From an uncultured Pseudomonadota bacterium (GTDB taxonomy: Bacteria > Myxococcota_A > Polyangia > Fen-1088), in NCBI GenBank assembly GCA_963831685.1, contig CAWHRJ010000004.1, forward strand, positions 64,812 through 128,811: a DNA stretch of 64,000 nt, in the 5' to 3' direction. A model generated the notes under the pieces. The model made no database searches, had not been told where the DNA came from, and saw nothing but the letters and a program-made list of their open reading frames with translations. Position numbers and translations under genes: made by a program. Positions within the stretch are counted from its first letter, which is position 1; the number at the start of each line of letters is the position of its first letter. This document shows, piece by piece, positions 27,458 through 36,690 of the stretch.

Positions 27458-28204
27458 TCAGCGCTGCAGGTTCCGCAAGCTGAAGACGTCGTTCGGCAAG
27501 GGGACGCCCAGCTCCAGGTGCTGGTAGCGGATCTCCGTCATCTCGCCCGGCTTGTCGGCGGGGGTCATGCGGGTCGTGGCCGGGATCTCGCGGCCGCCCA
27601 GCTTGGTGACGTCCGCGAAGGTGAGCGTCCGGGCCAGCTTGCCGTGCTCGTCGTAGTAGGCGATCGAGAGGGGCATCAGATCCGCGCGCCGCACGGTCGC
27701 CACCAGCCGCCCCCAGACCACCGCGGCGTTCTCCTTGGGGACGCAGTCGATCACGATCTGGTCCGCGGGCGCGCCGGCCTTCACGGTGAGGTTGTAGTCC
27801 TGCGACATGCGGCTGGCCCGCACGAGATCGTCGTTGGTGAAGTGGCTCCCCATCCAGGCCCCTCCCATCATCGACGACGGAACCTTCACCACCCGCTGGA
27901 CGTTGGGGAGGTAGTTCCAGATGTTCGACCCCGCCTTGAGGGTGGTGGTCCCGCGCTCCTTGGCCGGGGCGGTGATGCGAATGAGCGAGTCGTCCTTCCC
28001 CTTGCTCCAGACCTCGAGCTCGAGGGTCCGGGTCCAGTGCGCGGTCACGACCTTCATGGTGAGCTGCCCGTGCGAGGAGATGCCGCGATAGAGATCGTCG
28101 ACCCGGTCCAGGATCGCCTTCGGATCGATCGGCGGCGGCGCGGCGCGCGCCGTCGGGGCCGCTGTCAGGACGAGCGCCGCAAGACCGAGGATCGCGAGCC
28201 GCAC
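27458..28204 (-). CDS. LolA-like outer membrane lipoprotein-sorting protein family
   Basis: Signal peptide, then LDRVDDLYRG...QLTMKVV...WTRTLELEVWSKG...SLIRITAPAKERGTTTLK...NIWNYLP, the typical LolA_like pattern. Confidence 0.8.
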   Translation of the reverse strand: MRLAILGLAALVLTAAPTARAAPPPIDPKAILDRVDDLYRGISSHGQLTMKVVTAHWTRTLELEVWSKGKDDSLIRITAPAKERGTTTLKAGSNIWNYLPNVQRVVKVPSSMMGGAWMGSHFTNDDLVRASRMSQDYNLTVKAGAPADQIVIDCVPKENAAVVWGRLVATVRRADLMPLSIAYYDEHGKLARTLTFADVTKLGGREIPATTRMTPADKPGEMTEIRYQHLELGVPLPNDVFSLRNLQR

Positions 28205-28488
28205 ACCGACAGTCTACGTCGGCCTCGCAGGCAGTAGCGCCAAATCACCGGTCGGGTCGGTCACTGATCGAACCCGAGGGCCATCGGCCGCGCTTCACAA
28301 CTGAATAATCTGGTTCCGAACGGGGGTGGGGACTCCGGTTGGGAGGGGGGCGGCGATCGCGACCGAGCCGCGGCCGTGGCCGGCATCGACTCCTCGAACG
28401 CGAACGGGCGCAAATAGTCGGGCAGCCGATCTAGCGGATAGGGATCCCGCTGTCTAGGAGGGCGGAAAGCGCGGCTTAGCTTCCACGC

Positions 28489-29514
28489 GTGGCGATCCTC
28501 AAGCGCTTCTGGCGCGGATGGGCGGTGAGCGCCCTCTTTGGTCAGACGACCAGGCGCGAGGGGCTCCTCTTTTCCTTGATCGTCGTGGCCGCCGTGGCCT
28601 GGCCGATTCTGCTGGTCGCCATCCTGGCACCAAAGATCGCCGTGCAGACGATCGCCCTCGTCCCACTCCCCGACGGGGTTCCCTCCTGGACCGTCCGGCT
28701 CGGTTGGATCGGTTTGGCGTTGCTGATTCCGCTGATCGTCGGTGTCGCCGTATCGGTCAAGACGCCGCTGGCGATGCGCCAGGGGTCGCCGGTCCTGCGT
28801 GTTCTGCGCGGCTTTCCCATCACCGTCGGTCTGGCCAGCGCCTTCGCGATCATCTTCGTGTCCGTGCCGATCATGCGGGCCGCGGCGCTCGTGCGTCGAC
28901 AGAAGATCACCGACATCCCCCTCATCATGAGCGCCTCCGCCTATCACGAAGTCGCGGCCAAGATCTGCGAAGTCCTGAACCGCCAGGGCCTTTCGCTGCA
29001 CTCGGCAGAACCTGCCTGGTGGGTCTCCGCGCCGATGCGCCTGCTCACCTGGCTGGGCGGCGAGGCCTTTCGGTCGCATGTTCCGAAACGCTTCGAGCAC
29101 TTCGTGACCCACGACCTCGCCCTGTCGCTCTACCCGAGCGGCCTCGTCCTGCGGGGGAAGGCGGCGCGGCTGACCTGGGCGCGCGGGCTCGTCGCCGAGG
29201 CGGTCGTGCACACGGAGGGGCTGCAGACGACAGATCCCAAGGCGCAGGCCCTGGAGCAGCGCCTCCGCCCGCTGTGGAGGAGCTACGACCTCGATCCAGC
29301 TCTGAACGCGAAGAGCACCGACGTGGCGCGGGAGCTCGCCCGGGTCACGCGGGAGCTCCGGACCCTGCAGGTCGACTGGGACGACTGGCAGGTGCTCTAC
29401 CGGCAGATCTTGCAACTGGGTCGGGCCGCGCACGGCGAGCGACAGCTCCTCGACGCTGAGCCACCACCCCAGGCGGGGCTGACGCCCGATTCCCCGACCT
29501 CGTCGCGGCCATGA
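28489..29514 (+). CDS. hypothetical integral membrane protein
   Basis: Four or five clear TM helices followed by a soluble helical C-terminal region. Composition is far more protein-like than the competing antisense ORF 28261-29433. Confidence 0.55.
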   Translation: MAILKRFWRGWAVSALFGQTTRREGLLFSLIVVAAVAWPILLVAILAPKIAVQTIALVPLPDGVPSWTVRLGWIGLALLIPLIVGVAVSVKTPLAMRQGSPVLRVLRGFPITVGLASAFAIIFVSVPIMRAAALVRRQKITDIPLIMSASAYHEVAAKICEVLNRQGLSLHSAEPAWWVSAPMRLLTWLGGEAFRSHVPKRFEHFVTHDLALSLYPSGLVLRGKAARLTWARGLVAEAVVHTEGLQTTDPKAQALEQRLRPLWRSYDLDPALNAKSTDVARELARVTRELRTLQVDWDDWQVLYRQILQLGRAAHGERQLLDAEPPPQAGLTPDSPTSSRP

Positions 29515-29743
29515 AGTCAGGGAGTGAGTTGCGGTGTCGGGCGGCTGTGCCGTGACCGACAGAAACGCGTCTCGGCCAGGCGCTCCGCCAAAGGGCCTTC
29601 CTCGTGCGCTCGAGCTGATGATTTAGAGCATTCGGCACATGGCGCGCGGCCGCCTCTGCATCAGGTTGGGAACGAAGGCCGCCATGAAGCTCCAGGGGCA
29701 GAAGGCGTGTCCCGCGCCAGCAGGGCGAGGTCGTCGCGGGTAA

Positions 29744-30240
29744 GTGTTGAACGACGTGGTGGTGATCGGCGCTGGCGTAGCCGGCCTGACGGCGGCGCGC
29801 GAGCTAGCCCGGCAGGGGCTCGCGGTGACGGTGGTCGAGGCGCGCGACCGGACGGGTGGCCGGGTGTACACCCTCCGCGACTTCTGTGGCCATCCGGTGG
29901 AGGGCGGCGCGGAATTCGTGCACGCGGCCGACGCCGAGACGTGGCCGGAGATCCATGCCGCGCGACTTGCCGTGCGCAGGTGCGCGCTCACCCGCCGCAG
30001 CATGTTCAACCTCGGAGGGCGGACCCGTTGGCTGCCGTGGCTCCTCCTGCACCCCGGCGCATGGTCCGCGTTTTCGATCCTCCGTCAGCTCGCGCGCGCC
30101 CGCCCGCCAGATATGTCCGCCCGCGACTTCATCAACCGTCTCGGCTACCGCGGTCGGGCCCGGCTACTGGCGGAGATGGTCTTCATGGCGCACCTCCCCG
30201 GCATCGCTGAAGAAATTGGTGTGCTGAGCTTCCTCGCGGT
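29744..30240 (+). pseudogene. truncated paralog of the FAD-dependent amine oxidase gene at 34097-35416 (N-terminal about 160 codons only)
   Basis: [37 protein letters not shown]...GGAEFVH... aligns at about 80 percent (by eye) with the full-length gene up to EEIGVL. Similarity then stops, and the reading frame runs antisense into the neighbouring gene. Confidence 0.65.
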
Positions 30241-30373
30241 CGGGACCGGGACCGGAGCCGCCCTCGTCGTTTTACGAAGGCTGGCCGGACCAAGAACGTC
30301 GGTGGCGAACGTGGTCGAGGTCAACGACTGGCGAGCCGAACTGCGCCGAGAAGGCACCGATCGCGGGAAGGCC

Positions 30374-32728
30374 TCAGGCAGCCCGTTCCGCCGCGATGTA
30401 ATGACGCTCGGCGGCTGCGCGCCAGACAGGCAAGAGATCATTTACGAACACCTCGTGCCAGGTGGGCGCGTGCACGAGCGACCACGCGTGGGCGTCGCGA
30501 CCCATCGCCGCCGCCCGTTCCGGGTCGGCAAGCAGCTCGCCCAGCGCCTCCGCCCACGCCTGCGGCGTCGCCTCGCGCGAGACGAGCCCGGTCTTGCCCT
30601 CGACGACGAAACGTTCGCTCCCGCTGCCCGCCGCCACCACCAGCGGCAAGCCGGAGCTGGTCGCCTCGAGGACCGCGTTCGACAGCTCCTCGATGAGCGC
30701 CGGTTGAGCGCAGACGTCGGCTGACGCGTAGACGCGCGCCAGCGTGGCCGGGGCGAGCACGCCCGGACGGGTGACGCGATCGCCGAGGAGCGCCGTCACC
30801 GCGTCGCCATCCGGTCCCTGGCCCGCGCAGAAGAGGTGCAGATCGGCGCCCTCTGCGACGAGCTGGCGGACCGCGCGTGCCAGCACCAGCACGTTCTTGA
30901 TGGCGTCCAGGCGGCCCACGAAGATCACCACCCGTCGCCCGGGCGGGATCCCGAACGTCGTCGACAGCCAGGCGCGGTCGCGCCGACCCGGGTTGAAAAT
31001 GTCGCGCTCGATCCCCCGGTGGAGCAGGCCCACCCGTTCCGGCCCCAGCAGGGCGGCGAGCCGTGCGCGGTCCTCGGGCCGCGACGCCAGCACGACGGCG
31101 CAGCGGCGGTGGTGGTCGTCGAGCAGGCGTTGCATGTGCGCCTCGGCGGCCCGGGCGACGGCCCAGCGGTCGAGGAGCAGGCGCGACAGCCGACCCGAGC
31201 CGGCGAGGCGCTCGACGGTGGCTTCGGTGAACACCCGCGTGTAGTAGGGCGTCGTGGTGTGCACCGAGCTGGTGAGCGGAATGCCGTGCCAGCGCGACAC
31301 CCGCGCCGCCGTTCGGGCCGAGGCGAACGTCCCGTCGGTCGTGTGGATGACGTCGTATCCCCGCAGCCGGGACGTCAGCAACGGATTGTGGGGCGCCAGA
31401 TCGGTGTGGCCGGGCATGTCGGACAGAAACGGGAGGCGGGCGCTGCTGAACAGCGGCGGATGAATCTGGTAACGGACATGGGGCCCAAGGAGATGCGTCG
31501 CGTTTCGATCGCCCAAGAAATGCACCGTCAGGTCGATGTCCGCGCCAGCCTCGACTGCCGTCGCCGCCAGCCGCTCCCAGGTCTTGACGTGACCGCCCGC
31601 CGTCGGGCTCCAGTAGAGGTCGACGAGCACGCCGACACGCAGGCGCGCCGTGGGGCGCATGACCGGCAGGCCCGTCAAGCTGACTGCGCGTGGCTCCCGG
31701 CGTCTCTCCTTCATCTGGCGCCTCGACCAGAAAGTAGCGATGGCGTGTCGCTCCGCAATCACCCAGGCGGCGATGGCCGGCGCGCCGACCACCAGCTCGC
31801 GCCCGCGCTTGACGACCCCCAGTGCCAGGGCCGCCGGCGCCGCGACGCCGAACGCGGCGCCCACCGCCACCAGCGCCCCCTCCTGCACCCCGATGCCGCC
31901 AGGAACCACGAACGCCGCGCCCCGCGCCGAGGCGGCCAGACTCTCGATGGCCAGCGCCGCCGCCCAGCCGATCGGCCGCCCGAGCAAGCGAAGGACCAGC
32001 CAGGTCTCGACCACCTGGGCCAGCCAGGCCGCGAGGTGCCACGTCGCGCTGACCAGCACCACGTGGGGACGCCGCCGGATCGAGAACAGCGCCTGATCGA
32101 TGGCGGCGCCCCCGGTTCTCAACCTGGTCGCCAGGCGGTCGTTCAGGTGCAGAGACAGCTCCGTGAGCAATCGTCCCACGCCGACCCGGGCCACCAAGAT
32201 CAGCAGCGCGGCGAACCCGGCTCCGATGCCGATCACGATCGCCAGCCACCCGAGGTGGTTGCGCACCGAGGCGGCGGACGAGGCGCCAAAAATCAGCGCG
32301 GCCGCGCCCAGGAAGGTGAACAGCACCTGGGTGAACGCTCCAATGGCGACGTCGGCGACCATCGCCGCGGTCGCCTCCCCTGCGGGAACGCCTCCCGCGG
32401 TCAGCAGGCGGGCCCGGGCGAAATCGCCGCCGATCTGGGCGGTCGGCACGAGCGCGTTCACGGCCTCGCCGATCCAGCGCAGCCGCAGCGTGATCGCCCA
32501 GCCCAGCCGGTGCTTCCCGAGCAATACGCCCCAGGCTGCCGCGTTCAGCTCGACCGGGACGATCCGGTACAGCGAGGCAGCCATCAGCGCCCATCCGCCT
32601 CCGGCACCCAGGATCGCGAGAACATCGCCCGTGCGGGATCGGATGGCGATGAAGATCAGCAGCGCCACCCCGAGCAGGCCGCCCAGGGCAGCGATCCGGT
32701 ACTTCCGAGAGACCAGATCCCCCTGCAT
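30374..32728 (-). CDS. fusion protein: N-terminal flippase-like (lysylphosphatidylglycerol-synthase-TM/HpnL-like) domain + C-terminal GT4-type glycosyltransferase
   Basis: The N-terminal roughly 330 aa are polytopic, with conserved [12 protein letters not shown]. The C-terminal half has a GT-B/GT4 look ending in [19 protein letters not shown]...VVEGKTGLV (E-x7-E region). Confidence 0.8.
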   Translation of the reverse strand: MQGDLVSRKYRIAALGGLLGVALLIFIAIRSRTGDVLAILGAGGGWALMAASLYRIVPVELNAAAWGVLLGKHRLGWAITLRLRWIGEAVNALVPTAQIGGDFARARLLTAGGVPAGEATAAMVADVAIGAFTQVLFTFLGAAALIFGASSAASVRNHLGWLAIVIGIGAGFAALLILVARVGVGRLLTELSLHLNDRLATRLRTGGAAIDQALFSIRRRPHVVLVSATWHLAAWLAQVVETWLVLRLLGRPIGWAAALAIESLAASARGAAFVVPGGIGVQEGALVAVGAAFGVAAPAALALGVVKRGRELVVGAPAIAAWVIAERHAIATFWSRRQMKERRREPRAVSLTGLPVMRPTARLRVGVLVDLYWSPTAGGHVKTWERLAATAVEAGADIDLTVHFLGDRNATHLLGPHVRYQIHPPLFSSARLPFLSDMPGHTDLAPHNPLLTSRLRGYDVIHTTDGTFASARTAARVSRWHGIPLTSSVHTTTPYYTRVFTEATVERLAGSGRLSRLLLDRWAVARAAEAHMQRLLDDHHRRCAVVLASRPEDRARLAALLGPERVGLLHRGIERDIFNPGRRDRAWLSTTFGIPPGRRVVIFVGRLDAIKNVLVLARAVRQLVAEGADLHLFCAGQGPDGDAVTALLGDRVTRPGVLAPATLARVYASADVCAQPALIEELSNAVLEATSSGLPLVVAAGSGSERFVVEGKTGLVSREATPQAWAEALGELLADPERAAAMGRDAHAWSLVHAPTWHEVFVNDLLPVWRAAAERHYIAAERAA

Positions 32729-33951
32729 CAGTACGGATACCCGAGCATGACGTAGGCCCTCACACCCTCGCCGCCGTAGGCGACATCGACGCGACCGAGG
32801 ATGTCCGGATGAATCCAGGCACGCAGGCCGGCTCCTCCCGCGACGCGCACGTGCGACCAGGGCGGCGCCCCCTCGCCGTAGACCTGACCCACCGCGACGA
32901 ACGGATCAAAGCGCCAGTCGGTCACCACACCAAAAATGTGGGTCTGGAACAGCTTCAGGCGCTGCTCGGCCTCGACCTCCCAGGCGCCCATGTCGATGAA
33001 CCGGTCCTCCTGGAACCCGCGAAAGAGGACCTCGCCGCCGAGGCTCGCCTGGTCGTAGAACGGCACGTCCGTGCCGAAGACCTGCATCCAGTAGACGCGC
33101 GCGGCTCCCTGCAAGAACGAGAGCTCGGGCAGGAGCCCGCGCGCGGTCCAGCCGAGCTGGGCGAATTTGCCGACTCCGGTGATGCCCTGGGCCACGTTGC
33201 CGGTGAGCTCCGTCGCGAACCCGACCGGCGAGTAGTCGCCCTCGGGGCGCGTGTCGTAGCGGATCGAAAATCCAGCGCGGACGAAGGCCGAGCCGTCGAG
33301 CCCGGGCGCGTCAGGGTAAACGTCCTGGGTCTCGGGCAAGCCCGAGATGGCGTGCCGTTCCGGGCGATCCCCGCGCACCTCGCCGTAGAGCGCCAGGTTG
33401 AGGTTCGAGGTCAGATTCCACCCGAGGCGGGCGTTTGCGGTCGCGAAGAGCCGCGTGTAGCTCGACTCCCCGTCCTCGGGCGTGTTGGGGCCGAGGCCGA
33501 AGTACCGGTAGAACAGGTTGCGCCGCACGCGCAGGACCAGATTGAAGGTGAACTCGCCCGGCGTGCGCCGATCGTCGTCGTACTCGAACCAGATCGATCG
33601 ATTGATGACCGTGCTCGCCGAGACGATGAAGTGCCACGACCGCAACAGCGCCAGGTACCGGTAGTAGCGAAACGTGCCGGTGAAGTGCGCGGAGCTGTTC
33701 CAGCTGGCGCTCGGCGCGAGGATGGAGCTCACCCAGTTGTCCTGCGACCACATGAAGACGGGCATGAAGCCGTAGGTGCTCCCCTCGTTGGGAGACGTCG
33801 TGTACATCGGCAGCGGGAAGAAGCGCATCCCGGCGGCAGCCGGCCGGCTTCCCACGGCCAGGCAGGCGGCGAGCAACGCCAGAGCGACCCGCCGGGCGCT
33901 CACGCCCCAGCCGGGCGCATCGGGTCTTCGATCCCGGATGCCATCAATCAC
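32728..33951 (-). CDS. Omp85/surface-antigen (D15)-like outer-membrane barrel without POTRA domains
   Basis: Signal peptide and beta-strand periodicity. The C-terminal GGAGLRAWIHPDILGRVDVAYGGEGVRAYVMLGYPY resembles the Bac_surface_Ag end. The stop overlaps the next start (TGATG). Confidence 0.7.
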   Translation of the reverse strand: MIDGIRDRRPDAPGWGVSARRVALALLAACLAVGSRPAAAGMRFFPLPMYTTSPNEGSTYGFMPVFMWSQDNWVSSILAPSASWNSSAHFTGTFRYYRYLALLRSWHFIVSASTVINRSIWFEYDDDRRTPGEFTFNLVLRVRRNLFYRYFGLGPNTPEDGESSYTRLFATANARLGWNLTSNLNLALYGEVRGDRPERHAISGLPETQDVYPDAPGLDGSAFVRAGFSIRYDTRPEGDYSPVGFATELTGNVAQGITGVGKFAQLGWTARGLLPELSFLQGAARVYWMQVFGTDVPFYDQASLGGEVLFRGFQEDRFIDMGAWEVEAEQRLKLFQTHIFGVVTDWRFDPFVAVGQVYGEGAPPWSHVRVAGGAGLRAWIHPDILGRVDVAYGGEGVRAYVMLGYPY

Positions 33952-34096
33952 CTGCGCGCTCGTCGGTGCGACGCCTCCGTCGGAGGGCGGGGAAGCAGAC
34001 GCAAACAGAGTGACGATACGGACGAAAGGACGCTCCGGAAGACGGCTCGCGTTCGAGACGGCGCCCGCCGTGCGCGTCGCTCCCGCGACGCCTTCG

Positions 34097-35416
34097 TCAA
34101 ACGACGAGGGCGCTGCCCTTGCTGACGGCGAGGAAGCTCAGCACCTCCGACGCCGCACGTAGGCCGCTGACGTAGGCCGCCTGAACCGTCTCGGCGATCG
34201 TCGAGGTGGCCGTGGCGGCGCCGGCCCAGAACAGCGCGGCGGTGTCGGCCGCGGCCAGACGGGCCCGGGCCCCGCGACCGCCGGGACGCGTGAACGTGTA
34301 ACCCCCACGGGCGAATGGGTCCGTGCTCCAGTCGATGCGGCGGTGCGCGAGCAGCAGGCGGCCCGGGTCGACACCCGGAAAGAGCCGCGCCAGGTCCGCG
34401 AGCACGACGGCCACTGCCTCGTCCTCCGACAACAGTGAGAGGCGGGAGGCGCGCGGGCCGATGCAGTAGGCGGTGAGCACCGCCGGCGTTCGGCGGCCAC
34501 CCTCGAGGGACGGCCAGTAGAGGGTGACCGGCCCGGTGCCGCAGCAGAGGTTCGCGAGCCGGGCCGGCCAGAACGGCTCGCGGAAACGGAGGAGAACCTT
34601 CATGACCGGACCCATCACGAGATCCCCCAAAGCCCGCCGCTTGCTCTCGGGCAGCGACGGCACGAACTCCACGGCCCCCGACGCGAGGACGCCGACCGGC
34701 AGGGTGACGATGGCCGCGCGTGCAGAGAGCGCTCGCCCATCAGCCGCGGCCACGGCCGCGCCTTCCGGCGTCCAGCACACGGTCGCGATCGGGAAGCGGT
34801 GGAGGACGTCGAGCCCGCGCGCGATGTGGGCCACCAGGCGATCGTAGCCGTTCGTAATGCGATGGAAGGATCCCATGTAGAGGTCGAGGATCCGATCCTC
34901 GAGCAGCCCCAGCACCCCAATCTCGTCGGTGAGGCCGGGCAGGTGCCCGGTGAACACCATCTCCGCCAGCATCCGGGCCCGGCCGCGGTAGCCCAGGTGG
35001 TCGATGAAGTCACGCGCCGACACGTCCGGCGGGCGGGCGCGCGCCAGGTGACGGAGGATCGGGAAGGCCGGCCAGGCGCCGGGGTGCAGCAAGAACCACG
35101 GCAGGAAGCGGGTGCGGCCCCCGAGGTTGAACATGCTGCGCCAGGCGGGCGCGTATCGGCGCACGGCAAGCCGCCCCTCGCGGATCTCCGGCCAGGTCTC
35201 GGCGTCGGCCGTGTGAACGAACTCCGCGCCGCCCTCCACCGCGTGGTCACCGAAATCGCGGACGGTGTGCACGCGTCCCCCGATCCGGTGGCGCGCCTCG
35301 ACCACCGTCACCGCAAGCCCCTGCCGTGTCAGCTCGCGCGCCGCGGTCAGGCCGGCCACTCCAGCGCCGATCACGAGCACGTCGCGGGCGGCCTGCCCTC
35401 GACGACCCGAGCGCAC
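34097..35416 (-). CDS. FAD-dependent amine oxidase family protein (HpnE/phytoene-desaturase-like fold)
   Basis: [27 protein letters not shown] and GGAEFVH. The C-terminal FWAGAATA...TVQAAYVSGLRAASEV is typical of flavin amine oxidases. GTG 35416 is preferred; the upstream ATG 35485 adds a 23-aa Arg/Gly-rich stretch. Confidence 0.85.
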   Translation of the reverse strand: MRSGRRGQAARDVLVIGAGVAGLTAARELTRQGLAVTVVEARHRIGGRVHTVRDFGDHAVEGGAEFVHTADAETWPEIREGRLAVRRYAPAWRSMFNLGGRTRFLPWFLLHPGAWPAFPILRHLARARPPDVSARDFIDHLGYRGRARMLAEMVFTGHLPGLTDEIGVLGLLEDRILDLYMGSFHRITNGYDRLVAHIARGLDVLHRFPIATVCWTPEGAAVAAADGRALSARAAIVTLPVGVLASGAVEFVPSLPESKRRALGDLVMGPVMKVLLRFREPFWPARLANLCCGTGPVTLYWPSLEGGRRTPAVLTAYCIGPRASRLSLLSEDEAVAVVLADLARLFPGVDPGRLLLAHRRIDWSTDPFARGGYTFTRPGGRGARARLAAADTAALFWAGAATATSTIAETVQAAYVSGLRAASEVLSFLAVSKGSALVV

Positions 35417-35580
35417 GGCTACATTCCCCCCGCGCAGCTCCGGATGCCCGCGTCCAGTCCGAAAGGGTCGCCCTGGGGCAGCCATTGTCGAGCGAGAGCC
35501 CACCGAATCGTCACCAGGCCGAGGACGAGCAGGGCAACCAGCCGAACCAGGCTCATGGTTCCAAGTTGGCGACGCCGGCC

Positions 35581-36621
35581 TCAGCGGGCAAGCGACCCGC
35601 GCGCCAATGCGACCGAGGCTGAGACCTTCTTCACGTAATCGTGGTCGATGAACCAGCTCACGGCGCGTTCGAACGCCGGCTCGATCGGGCTCTGGGGGAA
35701 TCCCAGCTCGCGGACCGCCTTGCCGGGGTCGAAGAACATCATCGACTTCGACATCCGCACGCCGTCGAGCGGCACGCGTGGATCGCGGCCCAGCCAGCGG
35801 GCCAGGGGCTCCTCGAGGTGTGCGATGGCGAGCGGAACCCAGTGCGGCAGCTTGAGGCGCGGCGGTCGCCTCCCCGTCAGCCGGCCGAGGAGCTCGAGCA
35901 TCTGTCGCAGGGTGAGGTTCACCGCGCCGAGGATGTAGCTCTGCCCCGGACGTCCCCGCTCCGCAGCCAAGAGGTGTCCGAGCGCCACGTCGCGCACGTC
36001 GACCAAGTTGAGACCAGTGTCGACGTAGGCCGGAAGTCGTCCGTTGAGGAAGTCGACCACGATTCTTCCGGTGGGTGTCGGTCTGGCGTCCCGCTCGCCG
36101 ATCGGCGTCGACGGGCTCACCACCACGATGGGGAGGCCACGATCGATCCAGCTCTCCACCACCCGCTCGGCGAGGAACTTGCTGCGCTTGTAGTCGCCGA
36201 CCATGTCCTCGAGCTCGGCGCGGGCGTTCTCGTTGGCGGGCCGGGGGCCGCCGAGCGCGAGCGTGCCGACGGAGCTGGTGTAGATGACCTTTCTCACGCC
36301 CAGCTCGGCGGCGAGCTCCAGCACGTTTCGCGTGCCGTCGACGTTGCTGCGGTAGATCTCGGCGGGATGTCGCGCGTAGAGCCGGTAGTCGGCGGCACAG
36401 TGAAACACCAGCTCGGCTCCGGTCATCGCCCGTCGCAGGGACTCCCGGTCGCCGAGATCGCCGACGACCCAATCGATCGGCAGGTCCTCCAGATCGGCGC
36501 GGTAACTGGTCTGCCGGCAGAGACAGGAGAGGCTCTCGTTACGCGCCAGGAGAGCTCGCGCTACGTGCGATCCGATGAACCCCGTCGCCCCGGTCAAGAA
36601 TACCCGCATGGACGCCGCCAC
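35581..36621 (-). CDS. NAD-dependent epimerase/dehydratase, hopanoid-associated sugar epimerase (HpnA)-like
   Basis: VFLTGATGFIGSH Rossmann motif, YKRSK catalytic dyad, and a dihydroflavonol-reductase-like extended SDR. Confidence 0.85.
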   Translation of the reverse strand: MAASMRVFLTGATGFIGSHVARALLARNESLSCLCRQTSYRADLEDLPIDWVVGDLGDRESLRRAMTGAELVFHCAADYRLYARHPAEIYRSNVDGTRNVLELAAELGVRKVIYTSSVGTLALGGPRPANENARAELEDMVGDYKRSKFLAERVVESWIDRGLPIVVVSPSTPIGERDARPTPTGRIVVDFLNGRLPAYVDTGLNLVDVRDVALGHLLAAERGRPGQSYILGAVNLTLRQMLELLGRLTGRRPPRLKLPHWVPLAIAHLEEPLARWLGRDPRVPLDGVRMSKSMMFFDPGKAVRELGFPQSPIEPAFERAVSWFIDHDYVKKVSASVALARGSLAR

Positions 36622-36690
36622 CCCGTTCTTGGTTACCTTAAGAACGGGCCCGCAGGAGAGAACCCGGGGAGATTATGGGAACTGGGAGTG

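Noticed and set aside
28261-29433. 390-codon minus-strand ORF overlapping 28489-29514(+).
   Set aside because: The plus-strand product has clean TM helices and normal composition. The minus-strand product is Arg/Pro/Gly/Asp-rich with no features.
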